Assembly (NCBI GenBank): GCA_976551045.1
Contig: CDPCPM010000013.1
Span: forward strand, 6,572,001-6,636,000
DNA length: 64,000 nucleotides
Source: Glaucostegus cemiculus
Lineage: Eukaryota
Direction of reading: 5' to 3'
The notes under the pieces: model-generated
Told to the model about the DNA's origin: nothing
What the model saw: the letters and a program-made list of their open reading frames with translations, nothing else
Database searches by the model: none
Program-made: the position numbers and the translations under genes
In this document: positions 47,931 to 60,099 of the stretch, piece by piece
How positions within the stretch are numbered: position 1 is the first letter of the stretch
How the letters are laid out: each line of letters begins with the position of its first letter

Positions 47931-50900
47931 TCCACTGGGTTTCATGAGAGTGGTAGCTCTGTGCCAAGGCAGAGTTGTGTAAACAGGTATATTCCTTCAC
48001 ATTTACGCAGGATATTGAAGTGATATATGCACTATGTGCCATCAGTCTGTATGATATACACATACAATAATCTCTCTGAGTGCATTCTCTTCTTCAATGC
48101 TTCTTATGCTTAGTTTTAGGGCATTCTGTGTGTATGGTCCTTTTAAAGAGGATATTCAAAGGTTCTTTATTATGACAAAGGTGAATTAAATGAAATGGAA
48201 TGCTATGACAAGTATTAGAGTCATTTTCTGCAACATGACACTTTCCTTCATAGAATCACAAATGCTAGCAAAATACCAACTTTGTTATCACATCTCTAAA
48301 TTTATTTGCAATGCAACTTGCTGTAAAATTGATTTTGTAGTTAAAGTTACTGAGAGTACATGCTTTGATGTTTGCATCTTGCCACTCGTTGTAAACCATA
48401 TAAAACTGGAAATGATATCTTATTGATGTCATCAAGAAGACTGAAAGGTTGATTTAAACTTTTACCCTATATGTAAAACTGGTCTTATACTTGAGCCACC
48501 AGTGATGGAATCCACCTGATTTTTGTTTCTATTGATGCCAATGCAGAAAGAAAGGTTTACAGTCTTGGAAGTATCTGTCCATTTCATAACTTTGGTTTAA
48601 CACCTTGGCAGCGTTGAAAATCCACCCAGAGATGAATGTACCTCAATGCTTTAACTGAACAAATTAAAAGCTCAACATAGCACTTTCAATACAAACTCTC
48701 ACTGAGCATACATCTATTGCTAAAAGGGAGGAAAATTACCTTTGTGATGCCTGATTGTTAGTTCAAGCAATGACCCACCTCAGTGATACTTGCAGGGTAG
48801 ATGGAAACAGACTGCTTACAGTCATTTTAAGGGCAGGAACAAGGAAGCCACAGTCATAAGATTATATGTAGTGAATTTAGAAGAGATTACAACAGAAATT
48901 TCTTTATCAGGAAACAATGAGGATGTGGAATTCATTTCCAGGTTCATAGGTGAGCCAAAAGTTATGTTAACATTCAAGATTAGATTAGACTATTGAATGA
49001 AAGAAGTGTGCCATAAGGATATCAGAAGAAGTTACATAAATTTGATTAGAATTTGTGGAGAGACTAAAATCCAATGTGGATTAATTGGACCAAAAAGACT
49101 GTTTCTGTGTTATACCTTGTACACATTGCTATGTAAATGGAATATTACACTGGAAAATTAGGCTGTGAATCCAGACAGCTTCAGATAAGAGTTTTAAAAC
49201 AATACAATGAATCAAAAGCAACTGGCTAAACAAAAAAACGAGGAAATTTCATTGAAATGAAATAACATGAAGTTTGTAAAACTGCACCGATCACAGAGAA
49301 AATGCTAATTAAAAATCTTTTTCAATCTTTTTATTGATAACAAATCATTACAGGTTAAGATATATAACAACAATGTTTACACATGTATTATATAAATATC
49401 AAGTAAATCGTAGATAATCATAACAAAAAAAGCAATAAAGTATGATGTATATAAAAGAAATAGTTCCAACAATATCTCGGTTCATAAGTGATCTTTTTCT
49501 TTACAGATTTGATTGATAGTTGTTTTTTAGCCAGGGCAATTGTTCCCTAGGGCTGGAGTTCCCACACAAAATGAAAGTAACACCATACTCTCTGCCTAGT
49601 GGCTCGTGGCTGAGGGCAGTGAGCATGGAAGGGCTCTGATGATCCTATTCAATAAAGGGAGCTGTTTTTATCCTCACTTCTGACCCTCACACTCAGCCTG
49701 ACTGGACCCTTATAGAGTCTTCATCAAGTCCTTTCACTTTTCCTCCTTGTATTCCACTCTTTTCAGTGGTTGAATCAGCAGTGCATCTGTATTTACTCTA
49801 GGTACAGCAGAGAGCAGATGCTTAGATGTCCTGTAAAAGCTGCAATTAACAGAATGCCCTGATTTGCAGTCTGATTTATTACACTCATCAATCTGCAGAG
49901 CATTTTGTTTGTAACTGAGAGTTAAATCCCCCCAGCAGTGCTGATGCCCAAGCAGAATTCCCCTTTTGTTGCTATGTTTGTCTGTTTCCAATGAACACCA
50001 TCTTAACCAAACCTCCTACAGTGCTCCAACCACAGAAACAAAGCCTGTCCTTTAGTGTGAATTACATTATGAATGGGCGAATCACAGAATTGGAGGAACT
50101 GTAATTGTTTGAAAGCAAGTACTTTTTGAATTATCCTTAATTTTTCAAGTGCACAAGCATCATGGGTGTCTAAGTTATTTTCTTTAAAACCATTTTGTTC
50201 TTCAGTGGCAAGAAGGACATGATGATGGTCAAATGATTCAAGAAAACCTGCATGAAATAGAACTTAATAATGCCATCTTAAAAAAGCCATTATACTTTTA
50301 AACGGGTATTGAAAAATTTGCTTAATTTGGAAATGGATAACAGTTGGATGAGCTGCAGAACACAATAGTGCACCCTTTGATAATTGTTCTCATGGCATTG
50401 TTGACTCGTATACAAATGGTAAATGAGTTGCAAGGTGCAGTTCTCCAAATATGGAACTCCCCTCTCTTCAGATGGGTCAGTAAGTAAATCTACTGTGTGT
50501 TGTGATGCTAAAACAGGCAGATGAGGAAGATTCCAGGTTTGACCTTTGCCCTTTTCTGAGTGGAGTTCAAGTGGTGTGGCATAGTGGCTTACAAACCATG
50601 CACTATACGCAGCAGTAAAGAAAGACCAACTAGTTGGTACTTGGCAATGGCAGTACACTACCACAAATTTCAAATAGTTTATTAAAACTGGTAGTGGGGT
50701 GGAGAGTTGGGAAATTCATAGATAGTGGCAGTACAGATGAAGGCTGTTCAACTTTGTCTGCTCTGATGCTCATTTTTATACCACAGGGCAGTTCAATCCG
50801 TGATTCAGTCTGATCTGATATAACTCAATTCCCAGGTTTAATATGCAGTAATTGCATCATTTTCAGTTGTTCTACTATTTATAGCAGATAGACAACAAAA

Positions 50901-51046
50901 TTTGAGCCCTTTGTCAGAAGATGGCAGTGGCAGGGATGTAATTCTATAGAGTAAGCCTATGATTAGTTTTTTGTGCCAAACGGAGAAATGTTGTGTTTTA
51001 CTTGAATTCACTTGTTATAATTTCAGGTCTATTGTGTTTAAACTTA

Positions 51047-51123
51047 TCTCTCTCTCTCTCTGTCTCTCTCGCTGTCTCTCTTGCTCTCTCTCTTTCTCTC
51101 TCTCCCCCCCCCCCCCCCCCCCC
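51047..51123. repeat. Imperfect (CT)n microsatellite followed by C20
   Basis: Read directly from the sequence. Confidence 0.95.
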
Positions 51124-51489
51124 TTTTCTTGATTGTTCCTCATGTTCTCATATTCTGTTTATGGGAATATTTCTTGAGATTCTCCTTTCACTTCACTCAT
51201 TCTCAAATTCTTATTTCTTTTCCATCAGACTCCAGAGTCTGATCAAGACAGGGCAGTACCCTAATTAGTTGCTGTCATTATTCGGAAAGTTTTACTCTCA
51301 GTTATCAGACAGCCTCGTGGATGGATAATGAAAACGAACTGGGATGCTTTGTTACCTACTAGGGATAAGAACAATGAAGTCATCCTAGGCATCATCTTAA
51401 GGCAGGACAAAGACGCTCCCTGCCCTCCTTCTTCCTTCACTCCACCACCATTTCCAAGAGCAGCTGAGGCTGGAAAATTTGATGTATTG

Positions 51490-52200
51490 AGGGTGAAATA
51501 TTTTTAAATGGTGAGAGATTAGGGCTGTTAATGTTCAGAGGGACCTGAGTCTCCTTGTAGAAGAATCACTGAAAATTAATATGCAAGTTCAGCAGCAATT
51601 AGAAAGACAAATGATATGTTTGCCTTTATTGCAAGTGGATTTGGATATAAGAGTAGAGATATCTTGCTTCAATCATACAGAGCCTTAATTAAACCACATA
51701 TGGAATATTGTGTACCTCTACCCAAGGAAGGATATGCTTGCAATGGAGGATGTGCAGCATAACTTCTTCAGATTGATTCCTAGGGGGAACATTGTGTGAG
51801 AAGAGATTATTCAGACTAGGCCTGTACACGGCCGGGTTTAGAATGATGACAAGTGATCTCATTGAAAAATACAATAAATATTCTTAAGAGGATTGACAGA
51901 GTAGATGTGGAGAGGACAGTTATGCTGGTTAGGATGCCTGGAACCAGGAGTCACAGTCTCAGAATAAAGCCATTTTGGACAGGAGGAATTACTGGAATCT
52001 TTGGAATTCACTACCCATGAGGGCTGTGGAGGGTCAGTCACTGCATGTATTCGAGGCAGAAACTGGCAGATTTTTAGATGTAAACAGAATCAAGGGCTAT
52101 GGGGTTAATGCAGGAAAGTAGCACTGAAGTAGATGCTCAGCCTTATTGAAGGACAGGTAAGGCACAAGGGGCTGAATGGCAAACTCCTACTATGGGTTCT
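51490..52200 (+). mobile_element. Degenerate CR1 3' fragment
   Basis: GTTCAGAGGGACCTG (VQRDL), AAACCACATATGGAATATTGTG (KPHMEYC), GGGGCTGAATGGC 3' UTR. Confidence 0.8.
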
Positions 52201-52659
52201 TTCGTTCTTCTGTACAGTCACAGAATCATACCTTTTAGCCAACGTGTCAGATTTTTTTCTCTACTCAGTCTACCATGACAGTAGGAATCAGACAAGATGG
52301 AATGACCTTAAAATCCTTAACATTGGGTCCAGGACCCTTGAAGTCTCAAGGATTTAGCTCAAGAATCAGCAAGCAAAACACTGACTAGTTACTAAATCTT
52401 CCTTCAGTCACTGCATAAATGTAGTGACTGAAGGAAGGTGCTGGAAGATGCTGAAGGAAGATTTCCATGCTGAACACAACGTGCAGAGGGGAGTGAGAGC
52501 AGCAAGGGCACGGGATTTTATTCTGGGTTTGGAACTTCATTATTCTTTAAAAGAACCACTGACCATGCCGGGCAATTTCTGAGAATGCAGTGTCAGAATG
52601 AGTTGGCAGCAGATGGCTTAAAGTGTTGGTAATGTCAGTATGTGAAGACTTTAAATGAT

Positions 52660-53722
52660 CTTCCGTCCTTTTCAGGATGGTTGCCAGTGACTAGTGGAGC
52701 TCCGCAGGGGTCAGTGTTGGGACTGCAACTTTTCACTTTATACATTAATGATCTCGATGAAGGAACAGGTGGCATTGTGGCCAAAGTCTGCAGATGATAC
52801 CAAGATAGGTGGAGGGACAGGTAGCATCGGAGAGGCAGGGAGTCTGAGAGAGTGGGTAAAGAAGTGGCAGATAGAATACAGTTAGCATTCATTTCAGGAG
52901 GACTAGAACATAAGAGCAAGGATGTAATGCTGAGACTTTGTAAGGCATTAGGCTGAATTTGGAATATTGTGAGCAATTTTGGGCCCCGTATCTCAGGAAA
53001 GCTGTGCTGTCCCTGAAGAGGGTCTAGAGGAGGTTCACAAGAATGATCCCGGGAATGAAAGGCTTAACATATGAAGAATGTTTGATGTCTCTGGGCCTGT
53101 ACTTGATGGAGTTCAGAATCTCATTGAAACCTACTGGATACAGAAAGGACTGGATAGAGTGGACATGGAAAGGATGTTTGCATTAGTAGGAGAGTCTAGG
53201 ATCTGAGGGCACAGAATCAGAATAAAGGGATGTCCCTTTGATACTGAGATGAGGAGGAATTTCTTGATTCAGAGGGTGGTGAATCTGTGGAATTAGTTGC
53301 CATAGAGGGCTGTAGAGTACAAGTCGTTGGGTGTATTTAAGCCAGAGATTGATATGTTCCTGATTGGTAAGGGGGTTAATGGTTACAGGGAGAAGGTGGA
53401 AGAATGGATAAATGGCAATCTAATAGGAGGAAAGAATGCCTGGTGTGGTGGTGGAGGCAGGTACGTTGGTCAAGTTCAAGGGATTGCTAGATAAGCTTAT
53501 GGAGGAATTTAAAATAGGGGGACATGTGGGAAGAAGGGGTTAGATAATCTTAGGTGAGGTTTAACAGTCAGCACAACATTGTGGGCCGAAGGGCCTATAT
53601 TGTGCCGTATTGTTCTATGATTCTATAATGGAGTTGAAAAAAATCAACCCTGATTGAATGGCGGAGTAGACTCAATTGGCCAAATGGCCTCATTTTGCTC
53701 CTATAATATGGTCTTATGATCT
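52660..53722 (+). mobile_element. CR1 3' part with internal deletion and a nested CR1 3' end at ~53433-53627
   Basis: GGATGGTTGCCAGTGACTAGTGGAGCTCCGCAGGGG ([12 protein letters not shown]), [10 protein letters not shown]. Own tail GGTCTTATGATCT. The nested tail is from the copy C family. Confidence 0.85.
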
Positions 53723-54129
53723 AGCCAGCTGGCTGGAACATGGCCTCTAAAAATTGGATTGATGTTCAGCATAACGAGGTTACATGGTCACCTTCCAGCT
53801 TCCATGTTAGAATGATCAGATTTGACCTGCAACCCAACCTGGCCCAGCAAGCTAAGACTGAATACCAGGTTCATGTTCATCAGAAATATTTATGAAAAAT
53901 GAGTTCAGGTGAACTTCTTATTTTAAATGCTAAATGGGCCTCTTTGTCCTTTGTTGTAATCTGACACAGAAGATTATCCATCTAAGATTAAAAACCTGAG
54001 ATAATTAACGGCAAGGCAGTATGGCCCTTTGAACCTACCAGCCAGCCACAAAGTGATGGAATAGTGGAGAAAGCTCCTGGAGAATCTGGCATGCCTTCCT
54101 ATTCGTTGAATTTGTTCTCTCGATAACTA

Positions 54130-54730
54130 TGGCTCAGAAGTAACATGAATCTGAGCCAGAAGTTAGGAGACTCAGAGTGGACGCTGCATTGCTGGAGATG
54201 TTTTTATTTAGATGAAACATTTAATCAAGGTCCCATCTGCCTGCTGAGGTGGACATAAATAATCCCTTGGCACTATTGAAAAACAGGATAGATCTGCCAG
54301 GTTCAATCTCTATGGTGTATTTCCATACATGGACATAATGTCTTCTATTGGAGAAGCAATACATGTGATATGCCTACTTTGCAACGATAATATTAAGTGA
54401 AACATGCAGGCCAGAATAAAGCTTACCAGAGTAACAATAACATAGTTTACTTATCAAGTGTTCGACATTGTTAATAAACGATATTATTCTTTGATATCCA
54501 TTGTGTTAATATGTATATATTAGTACCATATAGGCAGAACATTACATGCCTAATACTTATATCACCATTAATGTTCCTAAAACATATTATCAAGTAAATA
54601 TCACATTACTACTTGTGAGAGCTCACTGTGCACAAATAGTCTACTGCCTAACCACAACACAAATGTAACAGTGTCCAGGGATGTCCTGAGCCTGGGACAA
54701 TGCTTTATAAAGACAAATCTTTTGTTTTAC
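54130..54730 (+). mobile_element. Deu-domain SINE split by ~290 bp of AT-rich sequence
   Basis: Deu core GCTGCATTGCTGGAGATG...GATGAAACATTTAATCAAGGTCCCATCTGCC...AGGTGGACATAAA..ATCCCTTGGCACTATT at 54180-54280. The 3' half (TATCACATT...GAGCTCACTGTGCACAAAT...GGGATGTCCTGAG) is at ~54598-54725. Confidence 0.65.
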
Positions 54731-56489
54731 TTTTGATTGAAGATAATTAATGTTACTTAATGTGAATGCCAATAAATTTTTACTTCTTAACAGTTATTTA
54801 TATTCAAGAGGTTTGTTCTTAATATTTTGGAAATCCCTTGGAACATAGTTTGATGTAATTTCCCTCAGAAAATATGCTTTGTGAGTAAATGATTATTTTA
54901 TCATAGCTGCCATCTGTAAATGAAATTAATGGGTTATGGTATAGAATAACTTCTGATTTGTTCCACTTTGAGTCAGTGGGTTATTGTCAGTTACTGATAT
55001 CTTAAAAAAGTGCAGTTAGTCACAATATTTTACCCAATGGATGCAAGAAGGTTTAAACTGTGATGCGACATTTGAAGTATGACAACACCAACACCACACC
55101 TTCAAGTCTGATGCTTTTGCAAGATATAACACAGTAAACATTTGTTGAACACCAGCACCTGGACTCTTCACAAATTTATGCTGAATCAAACACTTCAGTG
55201 CAAGACTTCAAGGAAATTTAAAAGCTAATTATTTCCATCTCAAATCTTATTTCTATGATCTTTAGCATTGCTTTGAAAAGTATCTCTCTAGAAAGTGGTC
55301 AGGCTATAAAATTAGTCAGATTCTGGATTGTTTCACCACTGGGAATTTCCATTATTTATGGTTATATGTGGTCTTCGAAGAAGCTGTTAAAATTATGTAG
55401 ATGCTGCTAGTAAAAGACACTAAAATATTTCAAAATCGATTGAGAATTCACTAAATGTTTTGCACCAGTGAAATCAATAGATGATCTTTATAGCTTTCTT
55501 TAAGAGTATTTGCAGTGATTTAATCCAGAAATCTGCTCCATATGCATCAGACATTCTGATTAAAAATATTAAATCTTTGAAATAACCCATGTATAAATAA
55601 AATTCCACCATTTTCAACTTCTAGATATTTTAAGCAATCTTCTGTTAATAGCAAGCAAAATTATATTTCAAGAAATTGCCTAAATCTACCTGTTCATAGA
55701 AGGTTTTCCAGTCATCAAAACATTTTTTTTTAGAAGACAAGCAAAAAATTTGCTTTGCGCAGATGAAGTGCAGTTTTTGTATGGCTCACCAAATATGTCT
55801 AAAGAGAAGCTCTTGTCCAAAGGGGTTTTTGAATAAATATGAGAACAAATGGTAGAACAATACAGACAAACAAGAGTCTAACAATACTAGCTTCAGTGTG
55901 TTCAGCAGAAAATCAGTGTTCTTACACCTGAATTTTGTTGCCATTTTTACATTGATGTATATCAAAGCTGTTAAGTGGATGTAAAAAAGGAAATACTATA
56001 AAATCACCCTACTACTTGCTTAAACAATTCATAAAGACAATGTCAGTGGTGCTGTTATACCATTATGACTGTTTCTAATTAAAAAGTAACATTGCTTTAA
56101 TAAAGGATTGAAGAAGAGTAAAGAAAACACATGATATACTGCAGCATAAATTACCATGGCTACCACTGTGGTTTCTTGGCAACAGACTTTTTTCAAGCAG
56201 GCTGTTGCTAACTGTCTTGAAACTGAGCCAGCCTGAAAACCTCCTCAGGAAATGATAACACATTATAAACCTTGTGATTAAATCTCAGTCTCTGTGTCAA
56301 TAGCTCTAAAGTCTCAGAGCTTTCGACTAACATTTATATGACTAACAATCTTGCAATTGAATAGCGGTCCTGTAACAATAACCCACTGTTTGCTCATTGC
56401 CATTGGCCACTTTTAATATCACCAGGAAGATAAAGATTTACATTCTAGTCAAAGTTAAAGTCGAGTTTATTGTCATATGTACTATTAGT

Positions 56490-56995
56490 GAATGGGAACA
56501 CTTTACTGCTCATATCCTAACACATACCAAGAACCATTCATCCATTACTCCTGTACTTGCAAATCTACATTGGTTCCTGGTCCAATCACAATATGATTTT
56601 AAACTTAGAAGCTTTTGTTCAAATTCTTCTATGCCTCCCTAAACCAGTAACCCCCTCCTGCCCTTAAACCCTCTGAGAACTTTGTGTTAATCTTACTATG
56701 ATCTCTAGTATACGTACAACTTCTTCTGATTCACTAGTGATGATTTTGGGCATCTGTGTTTTGGGCACCTGTGCTGTAAGCTCTGGTATTTGCTTCCTCA
56801 ATCCATCAGCCTTTCCACGTCTCTCATTCTATCAAATGTTCCTTGAACCCTAATTCTTGATTCAAGGTCTTGGTTATCTATCCTAATATCTCTATCTTTC
56901 GCTGAAATTATTTTGATAATTAAGCTCCTCTGAAGTGCCTTAAGGACTTTTTACTATATTAACTGTGCTGTTCAGATGCAAGCAATCATTGTTGT
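56490..56995 (+). mobile_element. L2 3' end
   Basis: AHILTHTKNHSSITPVLANLHWFLVQ..YDFK (ORF 56397-56642) and an L2-type tail ending TTGTTGTT. Confidence 0.8.
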
Positions 56996-57014
56996 TTTCA
57001 ATAGTAAATGAAAA

Positions 57015-57235
57015 CCAAAAATAAAAGCTGCAGATGCTGGAAATCTAAAATGGAAACAGAAAATATTCAAAACACTCAACAGGTCAGGCAGCATCTGTGA
57101 AAAGATATTTCGGATTCCCGGACCCTTTGTCAGAAAGAAGGGGAGAGTGTTGATGAAGAATCTGGACCTGAAATGTTAACTATTTCTTTTTCCGCAGCTG
57201 ATGCATGACCTGCTGTCTGCTTCCAACATTTTCTG
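57015..57235. mobile_element. Compact Penelope-derived inverted-arm element
   Basis: Left arm 57015-57135 and right arm 57147-57235 (TTGATGAAGAATCTGGACCTGAAATGTTAACT...TGACCTGCTG...CCAACATTTTCTG) are reverse complements with a ~12-bp spacer. Confidence 0.7.
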
Positions 57236-58482
57236 GAGACACAAGAGATTCTTCAGATGCTGGAATCTGGAGCAACCCACGCAAAATGCTGGAGGAACTC
57301 AGTAGGTCAGGCAGCGTCTATGAAGGGAAATATACAGTTGATGTTTTGGGTTGAGACCCTTCATCAGGACTGGATGGAAGAGGGCAGAAGCCAGAATAAG
57401 AAGGTTAGGGAAGGAGGAGAGGCACAGGCTGGCAGGAGATAGGTTGAGTCCAGGTGAGAGGGGGAAGGTAGGTGGGTAGGGGAGGGGGAATGAAAGGGAC
57501 TGATGTGAGAAGCTGGGAGGTGATAGGTGGAAGAGGCAAAGGGCTGAAGAAGAAGGAATCCAGAAGGAGAGGACAGTAGACCCTGGAATAAAAGGAAGGA
57601 GGTGGGGAATATGGGGGAGGTGATGGGCAGGTTATGAGGACAGGGGAGGGGAAAGACAAGGGGTGAGGGGGCCACAGGAATGAAGGAAAATGAAAAGTGG
57701 AAGGGGGGAAGGGGGGGAGAAAGGATAAAACAGAGGGAAAGGGTTACTGGAAGTTAGAGAAATTGACGTTGATGCCATTGTGTTGCAGACAACCAAGACA
57801 GAATATGAGGTGTTGCTCCTCCAACCTGCGTCTGGCCTCAATGTGGCGGTAGAGGAGGCTGTGGATAGACATGTTGCTATGGGAATGGGAAGTGGAATTG
57901 AAGTGGCTGACCATCGGGAGATCCTGGCTGTTTCAGCAGATGGAGTAAAGGCGCTCGACGAAGCAGTCAGCCAATCTGTGTTGGGTCTCACTGATGTAAA
58001 GGAGACTGCACTGGGAGCACCGGATGCAATAAATGACACCCTTGGTTTCATAGGTGAAGTGCTGCCTCACCTGAAAGGACTGTATGGGGTCCTGAATAGT
58101 GGGGAGGGAGGAGTTGTAGGGACAGGTGTAATGCTTTGCACGGTTGCAGGGATAAATGTTGGGAGGATCATCGGTGAGGAGGGATGAGTGGACAAGGGAA
58201 TCACAGAGAGAGTGATCCCCATGGAAAGTGGAGGGGGGATGAAGGGATCCCGTTGGAGGTGGCAGAAGTTGCAGAGAATGATGTGCTAGATGGAGAGGCT
58301 CATTGGGTGGTTGGTGAGGACGAGGGGAATCCTGTCCCTGTTATATTGGGGGGGGAGGGTGGATGGGGTGAGAGCAGACATACAGGGAATGGAAGAGATG
58401 TGGGTGAGGGCTGCATTGATGGTGGTGGAAGGGGAACCCCACTTACTGAAAAAAAGAGGACATCTCTGATGTTCTGGAATGG
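57236..58482 (-). mobile_element. Penelope-like element 3' part with GIY-YIG endonuclease
   Basis: Minus strand GVIYCIRCSQCSLLYISETQHRLADCFVERL...SHFNSTSHSHSNMSIHSLL...RRRLEEQHLIFCLGCLQHNGINVNFSNFQ* (stop 57744-57746), followed by a pyrimidine-rich 3' UTR. Confidence 0.88.
57335..57372 (-). ncRNA. Decayed minimal type I hammerhead ribozyme in the Penelope terminal repeat
   Basis: CAGTC-CTGATGA-AGGGTCTCAACCC-AAAACATC-AACTG. Four CpA-to-CpG reversions give CAGTC-CTGATGA-AGGGTCTCGACCC-GAAACGTC-GACTG with all helices paired. Confidence 0.75.
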
Positions 58483-58619
58483 TTTTCTGTTTTGGTTGTT
58501 GTGTTCAAGTATACTTGATTGGTAAGTACCATTACAAACAAACATTCCAACTGCAGGTGTATGGAATAGGAAAGTTATGTAATCCATTTTACCTTTATAA
58601 ACAAAGCAAATGTCTCCAC

Positions 58620-59900
58620 TGAAATAAAAGATCAATACAGGGCCCAAAATCTGACAAACTTCTGCAGGTAAGGGAATGGTGCCTGAGGTCTAGGAAACTG
58701 CAAATGTTATAGCTTTGTTTAAAAAAATGGTTATCCCCACAGCTACATGGCAGATGGTTCAATCTTGGTAGTGAGAAACATTTCAAAACAATGATTATTT
58801 AGCAGTCACTTGGACAAGTGAGGATTGATTAAGGAAACCAGCAAGGATTTCTTAAAGACAAACCATACTTAACTAACTTGATAGAGTTTATGGATGAGGC
58901 ATCAAAGAGTGTCAGTAAGGAAAATGAGGATGATGACAAATATACATACTTTCAAAGGATGTTTGTTAGGGTATTGCATTAAAGGCATGTCACCAAGACC
59001 AACGTCCATGGAAGAAAAAGAACAATAGTAAGTTGGATAAGTAAACAGAGAAGAGAAATGAACGGTTCTTTTATTGGCCTGGATGGAAGTGTACAGTAGA
59101 GTTCTCCAGAGATTGACACCAGGTCCACTGCTTTTTCTAAATATATAGCAATGACTTGGACTTCAGTGTAAAGAGCACAATCTCAAAATTTGCAAGGCAA
59201 GTACAACTTGGGTGTGTAACTTGTAGAGAACTGTAAGGAGGATAGTGGCAAATTTCAAAAGGATATATTCAGGCCAGTGGAAAGTGTGAACACTAGGCAT
59301 ATGAAATTTATTGCAGAAAACACACTCTTACATTTCAGTGAGAAGAACAAAAAGAGAAATTATAAATTAGTATGGAAAATTTATTACAAGAATTCAGGAA
59401 CAGAGTGATCCAGGGACCTATGCTCATGAATTATGGAAAGTGGAAGGTGGATATAGTGGTTTAAAAAACATGCCTTATCCTGGGCAGTAAAATATGGAGG
59501 TAAGGGGTACAAGAGCAAAAGAATCATGATGAACATTTATAAAATACCGGTGTCACCACAATTGGAACATTGCATTGCATTCTGGGCACCTTTAGGAAGG
59601 AGGCAAAAGCCAGAAGAGAGAGTGCAAGAGACTTATTGGAATGATTTCATGGACAAGAGACTTTAATCAGATGGATTAACTGGAAAAGCGGGGGTTGTTC
59701 TCGAAACAAATGAGCTTAAGAGGATCCAATAAAGATATTTTAAAATAGGAAGGGACGACAGAGTGTATGGGGAGAAGCAGCACAATCTGAGAAGCCCTTC
59801 CAGGGCTACGTGGAGAAGATGAGTTGTGGGATGAGCTGGATTGCTCTTGGATGGAGCTGGTGGAGGTTTGTATTAAATGGCCTCCCTCTGTTCCCTTCCT
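58620..59900 (+). mobile_element. Old degenerate CR1 RT-to-3' fragment
   Basis: GCAAATGTTATAGCTTTGTTTAAAAAA (ANVIALFKK), AAGGAAACCAGCAAGGATTT, CTCAAAATTTGCA, CACCACAATTGGAACATTGC. Confidence 0.75.
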
Positions 59901-60099
59901 GTGACTGGGCTACGTATTGACATGAACATGTCAAAGTATATTTTTACCTTATTCCGTGGTTGGAATTTAAAACTGATTCAGTTTTGCTATCCTTAGTTTT
60001 CTCTAACAAATGAAACATGACAGCAGAATTTATTAGGAGACTGCTTTGTGCATCTTAGCAGTTGCTTGACTGGCTTTATTTCAAAGAAGAAAGTGAATT

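Noticed and set aside
49310-49470. Possible L1-type polyadenylated 3' tail on the minus strand
   Set aside because: AT-rich with AATAAA, but no coding remnant or TSD to support a call.
57257-58647. Several 60-139 aa ORFs over the Penelope fragment
   Set aside because: Antisense or out-of-frame readings of the decayed GIY-YIG region and its pyrimidine-rich UTR.
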